Of a stretch of DNA of 64,000 bases, positions 38,032 through 52,118 are shown piece after piece. The position numbers and the translations under genes were made by a program. Within the stretch, counting starts at the first letter, position 1. Each line of letters starts with the position of its first letter. Source of the stretch: Amphiscolops sp. MND2022 (taxonomy: Eukaryota); contig OZ076409.1 of NCBI GenBank assembly GCA_964187785.1, positions 55,492,001-55,556,000 on the forward strand, read 5' to 3'. Below the pieces are notes generated by a model, which was not told the origin of the DNA, did no database searches, and saw only the letters and a program-made list of their open reading frames with translations.

Positions 38032-41000
38032 TCAACTGACTGCACCGCCCGTTGCTCGCCCTGTAGACTTGGAGGTCCCAACTGTAGCCACGTTAGGTTT
38101 CTTCTTAGGCGTCTTCAACTTGACATCGGACTGACTGCGGGGCCGCTTAGCCTTCACGTCTGAACTGGATGGCATCGCTCTAGAACCCGGCGCCATACTA
38201 GTAGGGCTCGTTGCCATTACCTCCATGACATTCAACTGTGCAAGTACTTTTGAACGGTACTCATCTACCACCGGAACGACTGTCGTATCAGGACCATTGT
38301 CCAACATGGACAGACACAAGGACAGCGTTTGATCCAGCCCGATTTTGAGAAGCTGATCCCACGGCTTGATTGATCCCACAAAGGATTGACTAAACCAACT
38401 CCGGACGAAATGCAAGCTTGAGGCGAGTTCATCAGCATCCAAAGCCCCATTGACGTCGTCCACAATATCCGCCCGGTACGAATTAGTTACCACTGCACTG
38501 AAAGCCAGATCGACGACCTGCCGCAACTGTTCACACCGCTTCCAGTGAGGATATGACATCCACAACGCGATAATGTCCTCTACCACTGGTAGTTTTTCCA
38601 CAGAAAATGCCCAACGTCTCTTAAAAAATTGGGTAACTTCTCGATACTGTTGCTGAACTACTCCGCCATCATCTAGCTCCACAAGCCCATGAGCAGTCAA
38701 TACAGCACAAGTTGCTACTAAGGAGTCGACACGGCGATCATCAGACCCACTATGGATAAGGATCGGATCGAATGGAGTCCAACTCAAATGCTGGGGCCAC
38801 GTACGCTGCCACAATCCGCTCAATCCACGGCATATACCAACTAACATTTTCTGGACACATTTGTAAAAGAAAGGCAGTTGAGTACTGATTTCAAAACGGA
38901 AATACTGCTCGGAATGTAATCTGTACAAGTTAGAGTCTACGTCTGCATACTCCCAGTCCACGGGTGAACTGGATAGATAAACCTCATTAGCCCACGCAAA
39001 AAGTGAGCCAGTTCTCTTTCCGAGACAATGCCATAATCACGTCCTCGTCCAAACAAACTAGGACAATGCTTCACCACTGCAACACAAATACCAATGAGTC
39101 ACCCTCCAAACTTTGCACACGGAACCTTAGTTCTATACCCCACCCATAACCTAAGTTCAGTCCATAACAAAACATACGATTATACAGCTACACGTACACC
39201 CAAACGAGTCTCCGAACAACAACACATAAATCCATACTCACTCAAATCTAGCACAAGGCGTAGAACAGCAAAATGAGGCCGAATCAATGCATCCTTGAAC
39301 ACCTGACTTTCTAGAAGAGTAATTGGACGCAGTTCTGATGTCACACCCGGTCTATGAGTGCCAAAGTACAGCGCCAAATCATTCCAGTAGTCCACCACTT
39401 CTGCGCAAACGAGTGCAAGTTGAGACACGTCATCTCCACCGAGTCGAATATACTACAAAACAAGAGCACAATCTACCCTTTCACCAGAGCGAAACAACCG
39501 CAATCCTACACAAATGCCACGGCCTACACAAAAAAATTTCCTATACTAACCCGCCGCAATAAAGGCAACCGATCTAAGAAACCCTCTTGAGCCACAGACA
39601 TCAGTCTCACACGAAAGTACAAGAGCTTGCTTCAATCAGTGCGTCTAACTGCTTCACTGCATATTGGTATAATCTATACAACACGAGACTCTAAACAGAA
39701 TCAAACAACCTGATAAACTAGCGAAAACTTAACCAAACACAACACTCATACCCAAAAAGTGTAACAATGAACCGATAACAACCACATCACTAGCAAGTTA
39801 CCTAAGTCGCCCGTACCGTTTAAAGTAACTGCAAAATTCGATTAAACCTGACACCGAGTGTAGGTCAGGGTACGGCACTCAAAATGAAGTTCGTTTGCCA
39901 TACAGTCCCTCCATGCGTCCAGCGACCGGAGCACCCCATCAAAGGACGTCACGGTCAGAAAACTCGAAACGAAATTACTCAACCACAAGTAATTCACACT
40001 TTCGTAATGCAAATGTGGGCGTGCGCCTTCTTCAGCCTCTGCCTCTTCAATTGCTATTCGCTCCTCCACAGTTAGCTTTAGGGCAGACTCTAGGAAGACC
40101 GGCAGTTCGGTCAGCCGGGCACGTCTAATCCGTCGATCTTCTTCTGCAGATACTGGCCTGCAAGACTTGTCCAGTAATGGCTTGTGTGTCATAATTCTGT
40201 ACTTTTGTTCTAATCGGGTATGTTCTACCCCCTTCCAGTGATCCCACAGCGATGACAGCCCACGCCCTGCAATACTCAGGTCCGCCTGACAAAGCATACA
40301 CCGAGCGTATCCGTCAATCACCCGCTTGTTTCGGGGGAAACCAACGAAGGTCCCCACGACGACAGAAACAAAGTAGGACGACTTTAGCGTCTTGATCTTC
40401 CGGCACGAACTAGAACAAACACACACAATGTGTTAAATAGTCCCACATAAACTCAAACTTGCAAAAAAAAAACAAAACAAATTGTCTTGTCTCTTGATAG
40501 TCTTAGCATTATTGTTAACTAAAACCCCACCCATTATCTTTTGAGATTCTTACCAGATTTAGCAGCTGTCACTTTCCCCGCACTGGATGCTCCCGCTGTC
40601 GTCCCCTCTCTAAACATGGAGGGAACCATCGATGCCGGCCGACTCATGACCGACAAGTCTTTTTGAGCGTCACTTCCACCTGGCACAACACCCACAGGCG
40701 AAGATGATATAAGGGGCACATCCTCCACAGGTACGGCTGCTCTCAAGTCACCAGCAGGGACTAAACGGGAAACTGCTGCAGTCAGCTGCCCGACAAACTC
40801 ATCCACAGCCACTGCACCAACTGTCCCTAGCTGACCAAGAGTGGATTCGATGGTAGCCTTTACTACGCCGGACAACTCTTTTTCCAGTCGGGCGATCGAA
40901 GCAACGACGTCGCTCAGAGTCAACACGCCCCCCACCGCCACACCTGGAAACATTCCACCCAAGGGATAACAATGCAGATTACTACACGTCGTGCAAACGA

Positions 41001-41732
41001 GATCAAATCTCGACGCCAACTCTAAACAACTGACACGCCGTACAGAGTAATAACGGTTATGCTACACCTTCGTTACAACAATGGACCAGTTAGCGAACAG
41101 ACCTACCAGTTTGGCTGTACACATAATTCCGGAGCCCAGTCTCGACGGCACTCACGGGAGACGCACCTACTGGAGGCTCATTCTGTTGGAGCATTCGACG
41201 TAGAACGGCGACGATATCGGTCAGACTCAAAGCTTCTGCAACACACACAGTACAACCTAACCTATGGGTATCATTAGCAATGTCTAAAAGTCTATCCAAG
41301 GTAAAAATTCCCGGGATGTTCTTTCAGTCGTGACGTTGGTAACTACACTACACAAATACCAATGCCACAAACACTCCAATTACCTTGACGAGCTTAACCC
41401 TAATTAAAAATCACCCAATAACGAACTCGTAGAAAGACCGTCTCAATAGCCGAAAAAAAATGACAACTACGGATTTACTTACGGAATTCGCTGGACAGAG
41501 CTATGTCCAACAACGTCAACAACGTAGTCGCAGCCTCTACATTGGATGAATTCACACGCCGAGCAAACTGGCAGCATAATAATTGCGTCTCTCCTTCCAA
41601 CAACGCATCAACTGAGGCTTGGAAATCCTCTTCATCGGATAACTGCTCCAGATTGGACATCTCAGCTAACGCACATTCTGTGGCTATCACAATCGATGCG
41701 ACTTCTTCTTCAGATAACTCAGCTGATAACAT
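38032..41732 (-). pseudogene. Antisense spliced hAT-transposase-like cargo gene, copy 1 (retains C-terminus; ~350-bp and ~42-bp deletions, frameshifts)
   Basis: BED-like finger CMLC..WDHWKGVEH and hATC-like LWMSYPHWKRCEQLRQVVDLAFSAVVTNS. GT-AG introns, e.g. 39691-39847. Confidence 0.72.
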
Positions 41733-42755
41733 TCAAGTAAAAGCCAGAACTAATCATGAACAACGAATGGCGAACAAGACAAAACGGTCTATGGCTGTAG
41801 AATTCGCGATCAACCAGGCTTCAGCGTCTTTGACGATACGAGATGTGGACTAATCACCCACACCCTCTGTGTTCACAAGACATCGAAATATCACAAAGAG
41901 AATTTTCAACCGAATTTACTCGAAAATAGTTCACTCGGAAAAAATTCAGGCTCAAAGAACGCTTTCGTTCGAATACTAAAGATCGCCGAAACCTACTCAT
42001 AAACAAAAAAAAGAAAAAGAACAACACCGAAAAGCAAAATTAACAAGAAGACAAAATGCCAAATTCGAAAGTCTTAATACCCTGCAAGTGAGTTTCCACG
42101 CAGAGCAACCTAGATGCAGATAGTATCACTGAACTGATTTCCTGCTACATCCACCTGGTATACCGCTAACTGGACAATAACAACTTCAATCAACAACTAA
42201 ATCAATCGCAACCAAGCTTACTTCCTTCTCTCGTATTTGGCATCGACGAAGATTTGTTTACAAAGCGCACGATGTTCAACTACATTCACTCCAAACAGTT
42301 ACCGAATTAGCCGAGTAATTATATCACGCTGCCACGTTCGATTAATTTCCGGCAGATTCATTCTTACTTAAACTCTCACTGCAAACAACGCGCACGATTG
42401 GATGACGTGGCTACTCTCGCCACATCGACTCTACATTTGCTCTTTACCGAAGTGGATCAATCAACGCGCTAATTTCATTCTCTTCCTCTCGCTTGCTGAA
42501 CTGAACCGAAGTAACCGTTGGTTCCAACCAATCCGACTATTTCCAGCCATGAAGTCGACTCGTCTTTGCCGATGTGGTTGCTATGCCATCATCCGCAACA
42601 AACAATGCAAACGTAGTTGAAGTCACTACATCAGCCGAATAACCTTCGCAGCAAGATTAGGCAGCTAACACTTACTGCACACCTGATGCTGCTACATTTA
42701 CCACACCTCCCCGCTACCAGCCTTCTAAATACCCCTGCATTCCACTTTACTGTTT

Positions 42756-42767
42756 AAGGAGGGGGAG
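42756..42767 (+). other. Polypurine tract AAGGAGGGGGAG
   Basis: Abuts the 3' LTR. Repeated before 53165 and 63844. Confidence 0.9.
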
Positions 42768-43704
42768 TGTCATGCCGGAAGCATGAATGAAACTGATAAA
42801 AAACATACTAAACATTAAAAATTCAGTTAAATGTAATACTCTTGATATTTCAATAACCATGAATTACCATTGAACAATGACGGGCCTATCCTATCATCAT
42901 CACTACTATCCAAGAATGAAATCGATTTGTAAAGGTTGGCATCATTTACTCATTACACGCTACGTACAAGTGCTTTCATCATATTTAACTTCATCAGTAA
43001 TCTGTAGTTTTATATATAACAATGGTATGACACCATCATCATAGATTCAATTTGTATCAACCAACGCAATACTAAAGTGATAGATGATTCATGTAACCAT
43101 GGTAACATATCGACGCTATCTTTTGTACCAAACGCCATTTACATTGCTACCAACAGGACGCATGATTTAACACCTAATCAATAGCGCAATACTATTGGTC
43201 AATGCAGTCACGTGACCAGCTTCAGTGAAAATTGCGACAAGTATTGAAATACCTTCAGTACAATTTACCTTCAGCTAACGTAGTGTTGCTTACCTCATTG
43301 ACTTACGCAAAACTTGATATTCACATTTTCAACTTGATCAATAAACCTTTAAAACAGCAATTCCTTTCGAAGATTTTGAAGATGGTCAAAACTAGATCTC
43401 AAAACGTAGATAGTTACGCAGCATGTTCCAGCGGAATGGAACAAAACAGTGACAATGAGAGCGAATATAATTTCCCTAACACGTTATCACGAAATCAAAT
43501 GAACGAATTCGAGAATGGAGATTTGATCAACGTTAGACATAATTCCAACCTGAATTTCAGTCGACCAGCGTTTCATGGAAATGAACAGACAAATCAATGA
43601 TTTAACAAGTATTGTGTTAGCCCTTACTGAGAAAATTTCATCATCGACAACCGAATGTAGCGGACTCAACACCGTTACTAATACGAACGTGACCCGTTCT
43701 GACA
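42768..43704 (+). mobile_element. 3' LTR of family B (937 bp)
   Basis: TG..CA termini, preceded by the PPT and followed by TSD GTAAC. AATAAA at about 43340. Confidence 0.95.
43382..43704 (+). pseudogene. LTR-embedded ORF of family B, probable Gag N-terminus (one frameshift near 43555)
   Basis: MVKTRSQN... then, after a one-base shift, SVDQRFMEMNRQINDLTSIVLALTEKIS...TRSD to the LTR end. Confidence 0.6.
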
Positions 43705-44644
43705 GTAACATATTCCAATATGATCGTATGTATGTCGTGGTAGTAAGAAGCTCAATTTTGACTGGCCATCGACTAGGATGAAAATCAAGACATGATGTTC
43801 CGTATTTCAACCTAAAAAACGTCATCTTGTTGTACAATCGTCTTCGTGTAATATCATATAGACTCAATTGTGGTGTCTCAATTGGATGTCGAGGTATTTC
43901 ACTATTGGGGCAGTCCCCTTAGTGCTCAAAAAGCGCAGTCTTTTATAATTGCTCGTGTACTTGTGTTTTAGATGGTTCTGTTATATTTTAGATTCGAGAC
44001 CACGGCAAATAATTTACGAAAGGCGATGAATTAAAATGAGTCAAATCATCAGAGTGGATTTTGGAAAAGTTTGAAGCAGTGTATTAGGTTTTGTTCAAAT
44101 TTTAAGTCGGAATAATCTTTAAAGTGGTGTAAAGTATCAAAAGTGTTTAGTTTACTTGTGGAAATGAGAATTGGATATTAAGCTCCTATAATCCACTTAG
44201 AGTGTTGTTTAAAATGAAGAGTTTATAAATGAAGTTTGTTTAAAATGAAGATGTTTTCAATTTGCAAGTATAGAGTCTGTCAGTTGTTCAGAGAAGTATG
44301 TTGGTTGTTCATTTTGTTTCGAGGTTTTTGATTGGCAAGTCTTTAATTTAAATTTAAGAATTATTGAATTGACTTATCGAGACCAGTTTACGTTTAATTC
44401 CTGTTATTTCAGCACAGCGTTGTAGTTTTATAAACACACTCAAAAACAGATTTCATCGATGTGATCTAGGAACATTTCAACATGTGATCTAGTTTTCATC
44501 CAAATGAGAAAGTTGAAAGAAGGTGAGTAAGCTCCTGGTTAGTTAGAAGACTTGGAATTTTAAATCCTTGTGGGACCAATTTGAAATATTCGAGAGTTTT
44601 TGCTTAGTGTGAATTTTCAATTGAATAGTTTCATTTTGTATGTT

Positions 44645-47600
44645 ATGGCGAATGTTCGCAAACTACGAAACAACTCCAAAGCTTCATCTACTCTGTGCAA
44701 GGAATGCAACATGGCTGTCAAGGATGATGACAGATCAGGAATTTGCTGTCACTCTTGCAACGACTGGACCCACGGTGGATGTGTTGACTTGAGTGTCACT
44801 GATGTTGAATGGCTTGGATCCAAACCCAACTGCTTTTGGGTGTGCAATTCATGTGTGCATAATGAAGTTTTCACCAACATATCTGAAGACAAGTTGACAT
44901 CGTTGTTTGATTCTTCTGTTGCTGAACTTATCCCTAATGCAATCGATGACTCTTTGCCAAAAATCATAATTGAATTAAATGAAAAAGTTAAAACTGCTGT
45001 CGTTGATTCGTTACCCTCATATAAAGACGTTGTTGTTACGACTATTTGCCGGTGTTGTTTTTGAGTTAGTCGCAGTGTGTATCTTAACGGGAGTGGACGT
45101 CCTTATTGCGGAAACATTTTCAGGTTCAGAACCAGAGTCTTGGACGTTCACGTGGACCGTTTGTTTCTTGTTTAAAGGTGTTATCAGTTTAAGCATTTCC
45201 TTTTGGTTCTCCCCAAGTATTTTTGTTAAATCAGACATGATTTCTTTTCTCAACGAAGTTTTAATTTCTTCGAGATTTTCAGGTTTTAGCCTAGCCGACT
45301 TACTAGGTCCAGCTATTAGGCTTTCACGAGGATTATTTTCAGCTAGGGAATCTTCAAAGTCACCAGAGACAAGCTCTGCTACAGCCTTCTTTTTCTGACT
45401 TCTAGTTGTCATTTTAGTTGAGAGAGAGAGAGTATCTTTGGAAAGATTGAATTCTTCAAAGATTTAAGTTTTCTTTCGAACACATTACGATAACGGAACA
45501 GAACTAATTGTTACAAAACGGTTTACAAAACTGAATGAATCACATGTATGTTTTACATATTTATACCTTCCCAGCATCATTTGTTCCTCACTTAAAAATT
45601 CCTAGGTGTCACAAAATCGGGTTTGTTCAACAAAAAGCGCTAATGATTCAAATTATTTCAGCCCGGTGTCATAAATTCAGGTATCGAAATTCCTAGTTGC
45701 GTCACTATTCCGTAAAACTTTGTTGAAAGCATTTTTGTTCAGATAATCCATTTCCTGTTTGAGCTTCAAAATTGCGGCAAAATAGAAGTCTAGCTGACAT
45801 TTTTATCAGCGTAGGCACGCCGGCGTGATCAATTAGTCAGGCGTGACGGAATTAAGAATTTCGGAGGAACAGTCTAGTTATTAGAGAGGATAAATGATGC
45901 TAGAAGAATTTCACCAGAACACCTTGAACTACTGTTACACATCATGAAGCCACAACAATACTTATTTAGTACAAAATTACACAAACGTAAACACAACGGT
46001 AATTGTAGCGAAAAATAGGTTCGTATAAAATTTACGCCTCATATAATATTGGAATCATTTGTGGATTTTACATGATCATTATATAGGTCAAACTCAAACC
46101 AAACATAACTTGACTTCAACTAGATTACTACCTTAAAGTAGCATAAATTATGGACTTCCGGCGTTGTTAGGCCAACATTAGTGTAAAGCATCAAAATGAA
46201 AGTTGTCCGTAATATAAAAAGGGGGGGAAATTTCAGAGCACTCTTAACACTGGCTGCGTTGTTGATTATCATTGATAAGAATAACATGTGTGTTCTTAAT
46301 TGAAGGGATTACCTAGGTACAACTAGCACCAAACGTTATCCTCACCTTGTCTTTTTTAACTACGCCAACAGAACGTAATAATATGATACTCAACATTATT
46401 CTTTTAAAAGGGAGTCTTATGCAACGTGGTGTTAACGTATTATCTTTACAATGCAAGATTAAAACACACGGTAAACTTTTCAATTCTCTCTAACAGTACA
46501 GCTTTTCTTATGTAAAGTTATTCCCGAAACCTTTAAATGCGTCGATTCAGAAAGACCTCGTTTAAATTCCATTTAGAACAATACTTCATAGTTGCTATTT
46601 TCACAATTTGCTCCGTAGGCCTTCCGTATGTATTAAGATTGGTTATAGCTGAGCGGCGGAATACAATTTTACAATCCGCTCCGTAAGCGCTCCGTATGTA
46701 ATAAGATTGGTTATAGCTGAGCAGCAGTAGCAAGCGGAGTGAAAACGGAGAGCGTAGGCGTTTTCATTCGCTTTTCTTAGCTAGTAAGCGTTGCTAAAGG
46801 CAATCAAGCGCAATTCTATTGGTATGAGCTAAAATAATTCCGCCAGCAAGCGACGCTATTGGTCCGTAAAAATAGAAACACCCGTTGCTAGCCTAGTTGA
46901 GTGACGCTGTCATAACGTTGTAAACAATTACTTAAAATCACTTGACTGCGGTTTTAAGTGGATATTTAACAACTACTTTAATATTGGAATACATTTTCAC
47001 TATATTTTTGTATGTTCTTTCATTTTAGATTGTATGGACTCCGTTGTGATGTCGGAGTTAAATGTCGTCCCTGTGTTTTCATTTTAGTGTGGAGCAACAA
47101 AAATGATCCCATTTGCAAAAATGTTTTTGTTTTAGTATTTAGATTGGAATGGAAAAACTCAGAAGATAAAACCGGAAAAAAAACGGGGTTGCGTGTGAAA
47201 CATTAATCCGGAAGTTTTAGCTAGTTTAAAAGTCATTTCTGAAAAATCTTCCGTAACGCTTACGTTGAATTCTGTATCTGGAAAATTATTTGCACTTATT
47301 TAGCTGTACTGTAGGTAGAACTTGATTAGTTTAACAGAGTTTAAAGTTATTTACTTTGCCCTTGTCCGTGTCCTCTGCCGAATCCCGGTATTCCAGAGCA
47401 GCAAGTAAAATTACGACCGGGAGCGGGTCGTGACAGTTGTAACTGGCAAAAACGTAAACAAATTCACTACAAACTCTGAGTTGAACTTCATCTCACTGGG
47501 GCCAGCGAAATTGGATCAACTTACTTTCAGCAAGTTGACATGATTCGGAAACTGTGAACAAAATCCCTGGTCACATGCGTCTGGAAAACGAAGGCAATGT

Positions 47601-48661
47601 CACTGCAGTGAGAAGGCTTGGCAAAAAATTGAATCCGGCCAATATCGCACCTAGAGGTTGTCGCCCTTATTGATTACTACATCAAATAGTCATTTTCTAC
47701 AAAATTGTTTCGCCAGAAGTCACTACCTGAAAACATATACTGATCCAGTGTATGTCAAGAAGTTCTTGATACCTAGAGAACGCAAAATTGAGAAAGCTGT
47801 ACTGAAAAATGTTATTCTTTGGTGTCGGAAGGTAAAAAGAGAGAGGATTTCCGCATCAAAAATTTGCAGCTCTTCTACCAAGGCAAACTAGTTCAATCGC
47901 GCACGTACTGACTAAACTGTCTTTTGGTGAAATGTCAGTGAGTCTGTAGCATTGAAAAGAAACAACATTTGAACAAGTTATGTTCTGTCAACACTGTTTT
48001 TTTTAGTCTTTTTAACAAAAACGTGGCTCTCAAATGATGTGAAGAATTCTGAAGTTTTGTGGGCAAGTCTTTCACTGTTATCGCTCGATCTGACCGTTCT
48101 TTTGGCTCTCATGGAGGTGTGCTGGTTGGTGCCTCAAACGATGTCAATGCGAATATTATGGATGTCACTATTGCAGACTACGAATTCTCTCTACCGTGTG
48201 TTGTTGTTGATATCAAACATATATGCTTCGTACTTATTTATTTCCCACTTTCTACATCTGAGGTGACTGCTTCAATGAGTTATCAATGCGGTTTTGGCGA
48301 TGATTATATTTTATACATTCACGGTCATTTCAGTTTTCCTGTTATCGATTGGTCCACACTATCATCTTCAGATACCATTGAGGAAACATTCATTGAAACC
48401 TTTGACTTGTTAGCGGTTTCGCAGTTAATCGACCTCCCTACTCATAAGTTGGGAAATACTCTTGATCTGATTCTAACAAATGACACACTTGCCCTTTCAA
48501 TGATCACAAACAGTTGTTTTCTGATCATTTTCCAATATTATTCCAAACATCTTGTTGCCTGCCTAAACCAGTTTGTAATGAATCGCTCTCCTAATCTTCT
48601 TTTGACCAAATCCTCTTCAATAGTAATCTTGAAACTTTATTCACCTTGAAACTTTATTCAC
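44645..48661 (+). mobile_element. CR1/L2-like LINE fragment (PHD-finger ORF1 plus AP-endonuclease start of ORF2), interrupted by a solo LTR and 3'-truncated at the duplication junction
   Basis: C4HC3 PHD finger. Removing the LTR restores SYKDVV|TGKN. RRLGK..RPLLI ORF1 motif. RSDR..GGVL, PTHKLGNTLDLILTN and SDH endonuclease motifs. Confidence 0.88.
45034..47435 (-). mobile_element. Solo LTR of family A (2402 bp)
   Basis: Minus-strand TGTCACGAC...GTCGTAACA with 5-bp TSD GTTGT (45029-45033, 47436-47440). Carries the MTTRSQ ORF (45412-45034). Confidence 0.95.
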
Positions 48662-48663
48662 CT

Positions 48664-51600
48664 TTACTGTTGCTGAACTACTCCGCCATCATCTAGCTCC
48701 ACAAGCCCATGAGCAGTCAATACAGCACAAGTTGCTACTAAGGAGTCGACACGGCGATCATCCGACCCACTATGGATAAGGATCGGATCGAATGGAGTCC
48801 AACTCAAATGCTGGGGCCACGTACGCTGCCACAATCCGCTCAATCCACGGCATATACCAACTAACATTTTCTGGACACATTTGTAAAAGAAAGGCAGTTG
48901 AGTACTGATTTCGAAACGGAAATACTGCTCGAAATGTAATCTGTACAAGTTAGAGTCTACGTCTGCATACTCCCGGTCCACATTCGTCAACAATGCAGCG
49001 ATCTCATACTCCGCTGGGACACTGTGAACTGGATAGATAAACCTCATTAGCCCACGCAAAAAGTGAGCCAGTTCTCTTTCCGAGACAATGCCATAATCAC
49101 GTCCACGTCCACACAAACTAGGACAATGCTTCACCACTGCAACACAAATACCAAAGAGTCACCCTCCAAACTCTGCACACGGAACCTTAGTTCTATACCC
49201 CACCCATAACCTAAGTTCAGTCCATAACAAAACATACGAATATACAGCTACACGTACACCTAAACGAGTCTCCGAACAACTACACATAAATCCATACTCA
49301 CTCAAATTTAGCACAAGGCGTAGAACAGCAAAACGAGGCCGAATCAATGCATCCTCGAACACCTGACTTTCTAGAAGAGTAATTGGACGCAGTTCGGATG
49401 TCACACCCGGTCTATGAGTGCCAAAGTACAGCGCCAAATCATTCCAGTAGTCCACCACTTCTGCGCAAACGTGTGCAAGTTGAGACACGTCATCTCCACC
49501 GAGTCGAATATACTACAAAACAAGAGCACAATCTACCCTTTCACCAGAGCCAAACAACCGCAATCCTACACAAATGCTACGACCTACACAAAAAAATTTC
49601 CTATACTAATCCGCCGCAGTAAAGGCAACCGATCTAAGAAACCCTCTTTAGCCACAGGCATCAGTCTCACACGAAAGTACTCCAAGACACTGAGGGGATC
49701 CAGACCCGCGAACTCTGCAAGAAACTGTTTCTGTACCTCATCGAACACTGACCGCTGCGTTATCAACCCTACCACGAGTGGAGTCTTAGGCGATACCACT
49801 GCAGCTAATGCCCGCCCAACATGTACAACACCTTCTACCGCAGTCGTCTTCAATTGGGTCCTGTCTTTAAGACACGCAAGAATTGGGATGACGTTGTTCA
49901 ACATACTCTTCTCCCATCCAGTTCCACCAGAAACAAGCACCAGAACCATTGACTTTATGCCATGGACGCCAACGATGTGGAGCTCACCACACCACCGCCA
50001 ATCACACTGACGGATGCAGACGCCGATACAAGAGCTTGCTTCAATCAGTGCGTCTAACTGCTTCACTGCATATTGGTATAATCCATACAACACGAGACTC
50101 TAAACAGAATCAAACAACCTGATAAACTAGCGAAAACTTAACCAAACACAACACTCATACCCAAAAAGCGTAACAATGAACCGATAACAACCACATCACT
50201 AGCAAGTTACCTAAGTCGCCCGTACCGTTTAAAGTAACTGCAAAATTCGATTTTACCTGACACCGAGTGTAGGTCAGGGTACCGCACTCAAAATGAAGTT
50301 CGTTTGCCATACAGTCCCTCCATGCGTCCAGCGACCGGAGCACCCCATCAAAGGACGTCACGGTCAGAAAACTCGAAACGAAATTACTCAACCACAAGTA
50401 ATTCACACTTTCGTAATGCAAATGTGGGCGTGCGCCTTCTTCAGCCTCTGCCTCTTCAATTGCTATTCGCTCCTCCACAGTTAGCTTTAGGGCAGACTCT
50501 AGGAAGACCGGCGGTTCGGTCAGCCGGGCACGTCTAATCCGTCGATCTTCTTCTGCAGATACTGGCCTGCAAGACTTGTCCAGTAATGGCTTGTGTGTTC
50601 TAATTCTGTACTTTTGTTCTAATCGGGTATGTTCTACCCCCTTCCAGTGATCCCATAGCGATGACAGCCGACGCCCTGCAATACTCAGGTCCGCCTGACA
50701 AAGCATACACCGAGCGTATCCGTCAATCACCCGCTTGTTTCGGGGGAAACCATTGAAGGTCCCCACGACGCCAGAAACAAAGTAGGAAGGCTTTAGCGTC
50801 TTGATCTTCCGGGCACGAGCTAGAACAAACACACACAATGTGTTAAATAGTCCCACATAAACTCAAACTTGCAAAAAAAAACAAAACAAATTGTCTTGTC
50901 TCTTGATAGTCTTAGCATTATTGTTAACTAAAACCCCACCCATTATCTTTTGAGATTCTTACCAGATTTAGCAGCTGTCACTTTCCCCGCACTGGATGCT
51001 CCCGATGTCGTCCCCTCTCCAAACATGGAGGGAACCATCGATGCCGGCCGACTCATGACCGACAAGTCTTTTTGAGCGTCACTTCCACCTGGCACAACAC
51101 CCACAGACGATGATGATATGAGGGGCACATCCTCCACAGGTACGGCTGCTCTCAAGTCACCAGCAGGGACTAAACGGGAAACTGCTGCAGTCAGCTGCCC
51201 GACAAACTCATCCACAGCCATTGCACCAACTGTCCCTAGCTGACCAAGAGTGGATTCGATGGTAGCCTTTACTACGCCGGACAACTCTTTTTTCCAGTCG
51301 GGCGATTGAAGCAACGACGTCGCTCAGAGTCAACACGCCCCCCACCGCCACACCTGGAAACATTCCACCCAAGGGATAACAATGCAGATTACTACACGTC
51401 GCGCAAACGAGATCAAATCTCGACGCCAACTCTAAACAACTGACACGCCGTACAGAGTAATAACGGTTATGCTACACCTTCGTTACAACAATGGACCAGT
51501 TAGCGAACAGACCTACCAGTTTGGCTGTACACATAATTCCGGAGCCCAGACTCGACGGCACTCACGGGAGACTCACCTACTGGAGGCTCATTCTGTTGGA

Positions 51601-52118
51601 GCATTCGACGTAGAACGGCGACGATATCGGTCAGACTCAAAGCTTCTGCAACACACACAGTACAACCTAACCTATGGGTATCATTAGCAATGTCTAAAAG
51701 TCTATCCAAGGTAAAAATTCCCGGGATGTTCTTTCAGTCGTGACGTTGGTAACTACACTACACAAATACCAATGCCACAAACACTCCAATTACCTTGACG
51801 AGCTTAACCCTAATTAAAAATCACCCAATAACGAACTCGTAGAAAGACCGTCTCAATGGCCGAAAAAAAATGACAACTATGGATTTACTTACGGAATTCG
51901 CTGGACAGAGCTATGTCCAACAACGTCAACAACGTAGTCGCAGCCTCTACATTGGATGAATTCACACGCCGAGCAAACTGGCAGCATAATAATTGCGTCT
52001 CTCCTTCCAACAACGCATCAACTGAGGCTTGGAAATCCTCTTCATCGGATAACTGCTCCAGATTGGACATCTCAGCTATCGATGCGACTTCTTCTTCAGA
52101 TAACTCAGCTGATAACAT
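48664..52118 (-). pseudogene. hAT-like cargo gene, copy 2 (C-terminally truncated, extra frameshift, one donor mutated GT>AT)
   Basis: Introns 50820-50962 and 50100-50256 join in frame. One extra base near 51290. GTTAGT>ATTAGT at 49610. Confidence 0.72.

Larger units (their letters stand above)
28719..43704 (+). mobile_element. Gypsy/Ty3 LTR retrotransposon, family B (defective)
   Basis: TGTCA...TGACA termini, 5-bp TSD GTAAC (28714-28718 and 43705-43709), RT-RNaseH-IN order, and a PPT before the 3' LTR. Confidence 0.95.

Noticed and set aside
49414..50010. 198-aa plus-strand ORF and similar + ORFs over the cargo region
   Set aside because: Antisense shadows of the minus-strand gene; not conserved as open in the other copies.
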